The position numbers and the translations under genes were made by a program. A stretch of DNA of 59,338 nucleotides, the filler included. It is 7 parts of 7 records of this genome, joined end to end, with 100 filler letters (N's around TTAATTAATTAA, not from the genome) between each part and the next. Parts side by side here need not be neighbours in the genome. Positions count along the whole stretch, not along the records: positions 52,905 to 59,338 come from SRR31156797_51719; 6 more parts are not named here. One strand, written 5' to 3'. The stretch's first letter is position 1. Each line of letters starts with the position of its first letter. Shown piece by piece: positions 58,818 through 59,338 of the stretch. The notes under the pieces are model-generated. The model saw only the letters and a list, made by a program, of their open reading frames with translations. It was not told the DNA's origin and made no database searches.

Positions 58818-59338
58818 TCAATTATATTTGAGAGTATCCGTATTTTTCACACGCGATTGCCCTGCTGCATCGGTGCCGGGACCGGACAGCTTTTGAATCA
58901 GCCGGTCTGTTTGGCTTTTCAATAGTGCCAGGTTTTTGCCGGAAATGGGCCGGGGGCCAAAACGAAGCTGTTTGTGAATCCGGATAACGGTCATAAGGGA
59001 TGGGACGTCCTGGCGGGAAAACGCCTTTTCTTTGATTCCAATGAGAAAGTGTTCATACGTTTCATGGAGTTTTCTGACAAACCCGGAATGGGCAAGTTTT
59101 TTTTCAAGTTTTTGGATATAGAAGTCGGGATTTCCCGTTCCAAGGCCTGACGGGCTATGATTCTGGCCATGGGAGGTGCTTTTCTTTTCCTTATTTTTAT
59201 CTTTTCTGAGCAACCGCCTGATGATCAGGATGCCAAGGGGCACCAGGAGCCACAGCACTTTCTTTTTGGTTTCCGGGTCGCCCCAGCGAAGCAAGGTTAA
59301 TCCGTATCCCATCAGGGAAAACAGGTCGGGAATCGCGG
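58818..59338 (-). CDS. C-terminal fragment of a membrane protein with a DUF4129-like domain (TgpA/DUF3488 transglutaminase-type C-terminus); 5' truncated
   Basis: TM segment, then FY.....KL...G..R..HET...F...Y/H..LRFG pattern. Frame likely runs off the window. Confidence 0.55.
   Translation of the reverse strand, partial: AIPDLFSLMGYGLTLLRWGDPETKKKVLWLLVPLGILIIRRLLRKDKNKEKKSTSHGQNHSPSGLGTGNPDFYIQKLEKKLAHSGFVRKLHETYEHFLIGIKEKAFSRQDVPSLMTVIRIHKQLRFGPRPISGKNLALLKSQTDRLIQKLSGPGTDAAGQSRVKNTDTLKYN

Noticed and set aside
1-59338. CRISPR arrays, rRNA, transposases, integrases, prophage genes
   Set aside because: No regularly spaced repeats or matching coding motifs were seen.

Overview
The window is not one locus. 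It is seven contigs joined by six identical 100-nt artificial linkers (N44-TTAATTAATTAA-N44, stops in all six frames), and composition and gene content indicate several different anaerobic bacteria. (1) 1-5846, low-GC bacterium: alaS 3' end, HepT/MntA toxin-antitoxin pair, divergent pgk and a large secreted multi-LamG protein. (2) 5947-11131, Bacteroidota: T9SS cargo protein, an uncalled 50-aa Tat-like peptide, a PqqD/RRE-like + HprK-like kinase fusion, a WecA/MraY-family transferase and a tRNA 3' end. (3) 11232-24401, Bacteroidota: three MacB/FtsX permeases with one ATPase, SGNH hydrolase, DUF4097-like protein, Pro-rich lipoprotein and an AraC regulator. (4) 24502-29960, Desulfobacterota-like: lipoate ligase fused to a Cys-rich domain, then LipT-like flavoprotein, LipS1 and LipS2. 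(5) 30061-37179, Maridesulfovibrio-like: uup, Hpt protein, flavodoxin, a candidate structured RNA, DAHP synthase-chorismate mutase, aroB and metC. (6) 37280-52804, Desulfobacterota-like: a YihV-like kinase/class II aldolase/Zn dehydrogenase/TRAP operon with a divergent CsqR-like regulator, a sensor kinase, a hidden UxxC DsrE-family selenoprotein, adenosine deaminase, a radical SAM protein and pyrogallol transhydroxylase subunits. (7) 52905-59338, Desulfobacteraceae-like: cupin, exported transglutaminase-like protein and a TtrB/TtrA-like molybdoenzyme pair with no adjacent membrane anchor. The best leads are the peptide + RRE-kinase cassette (possible unrecognised peptide-modification system), the hybrid sulfoglycolysis-like catabolic operon and the Sec-recoded DsrE. 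All family assignments come from motif recognition without database searches.
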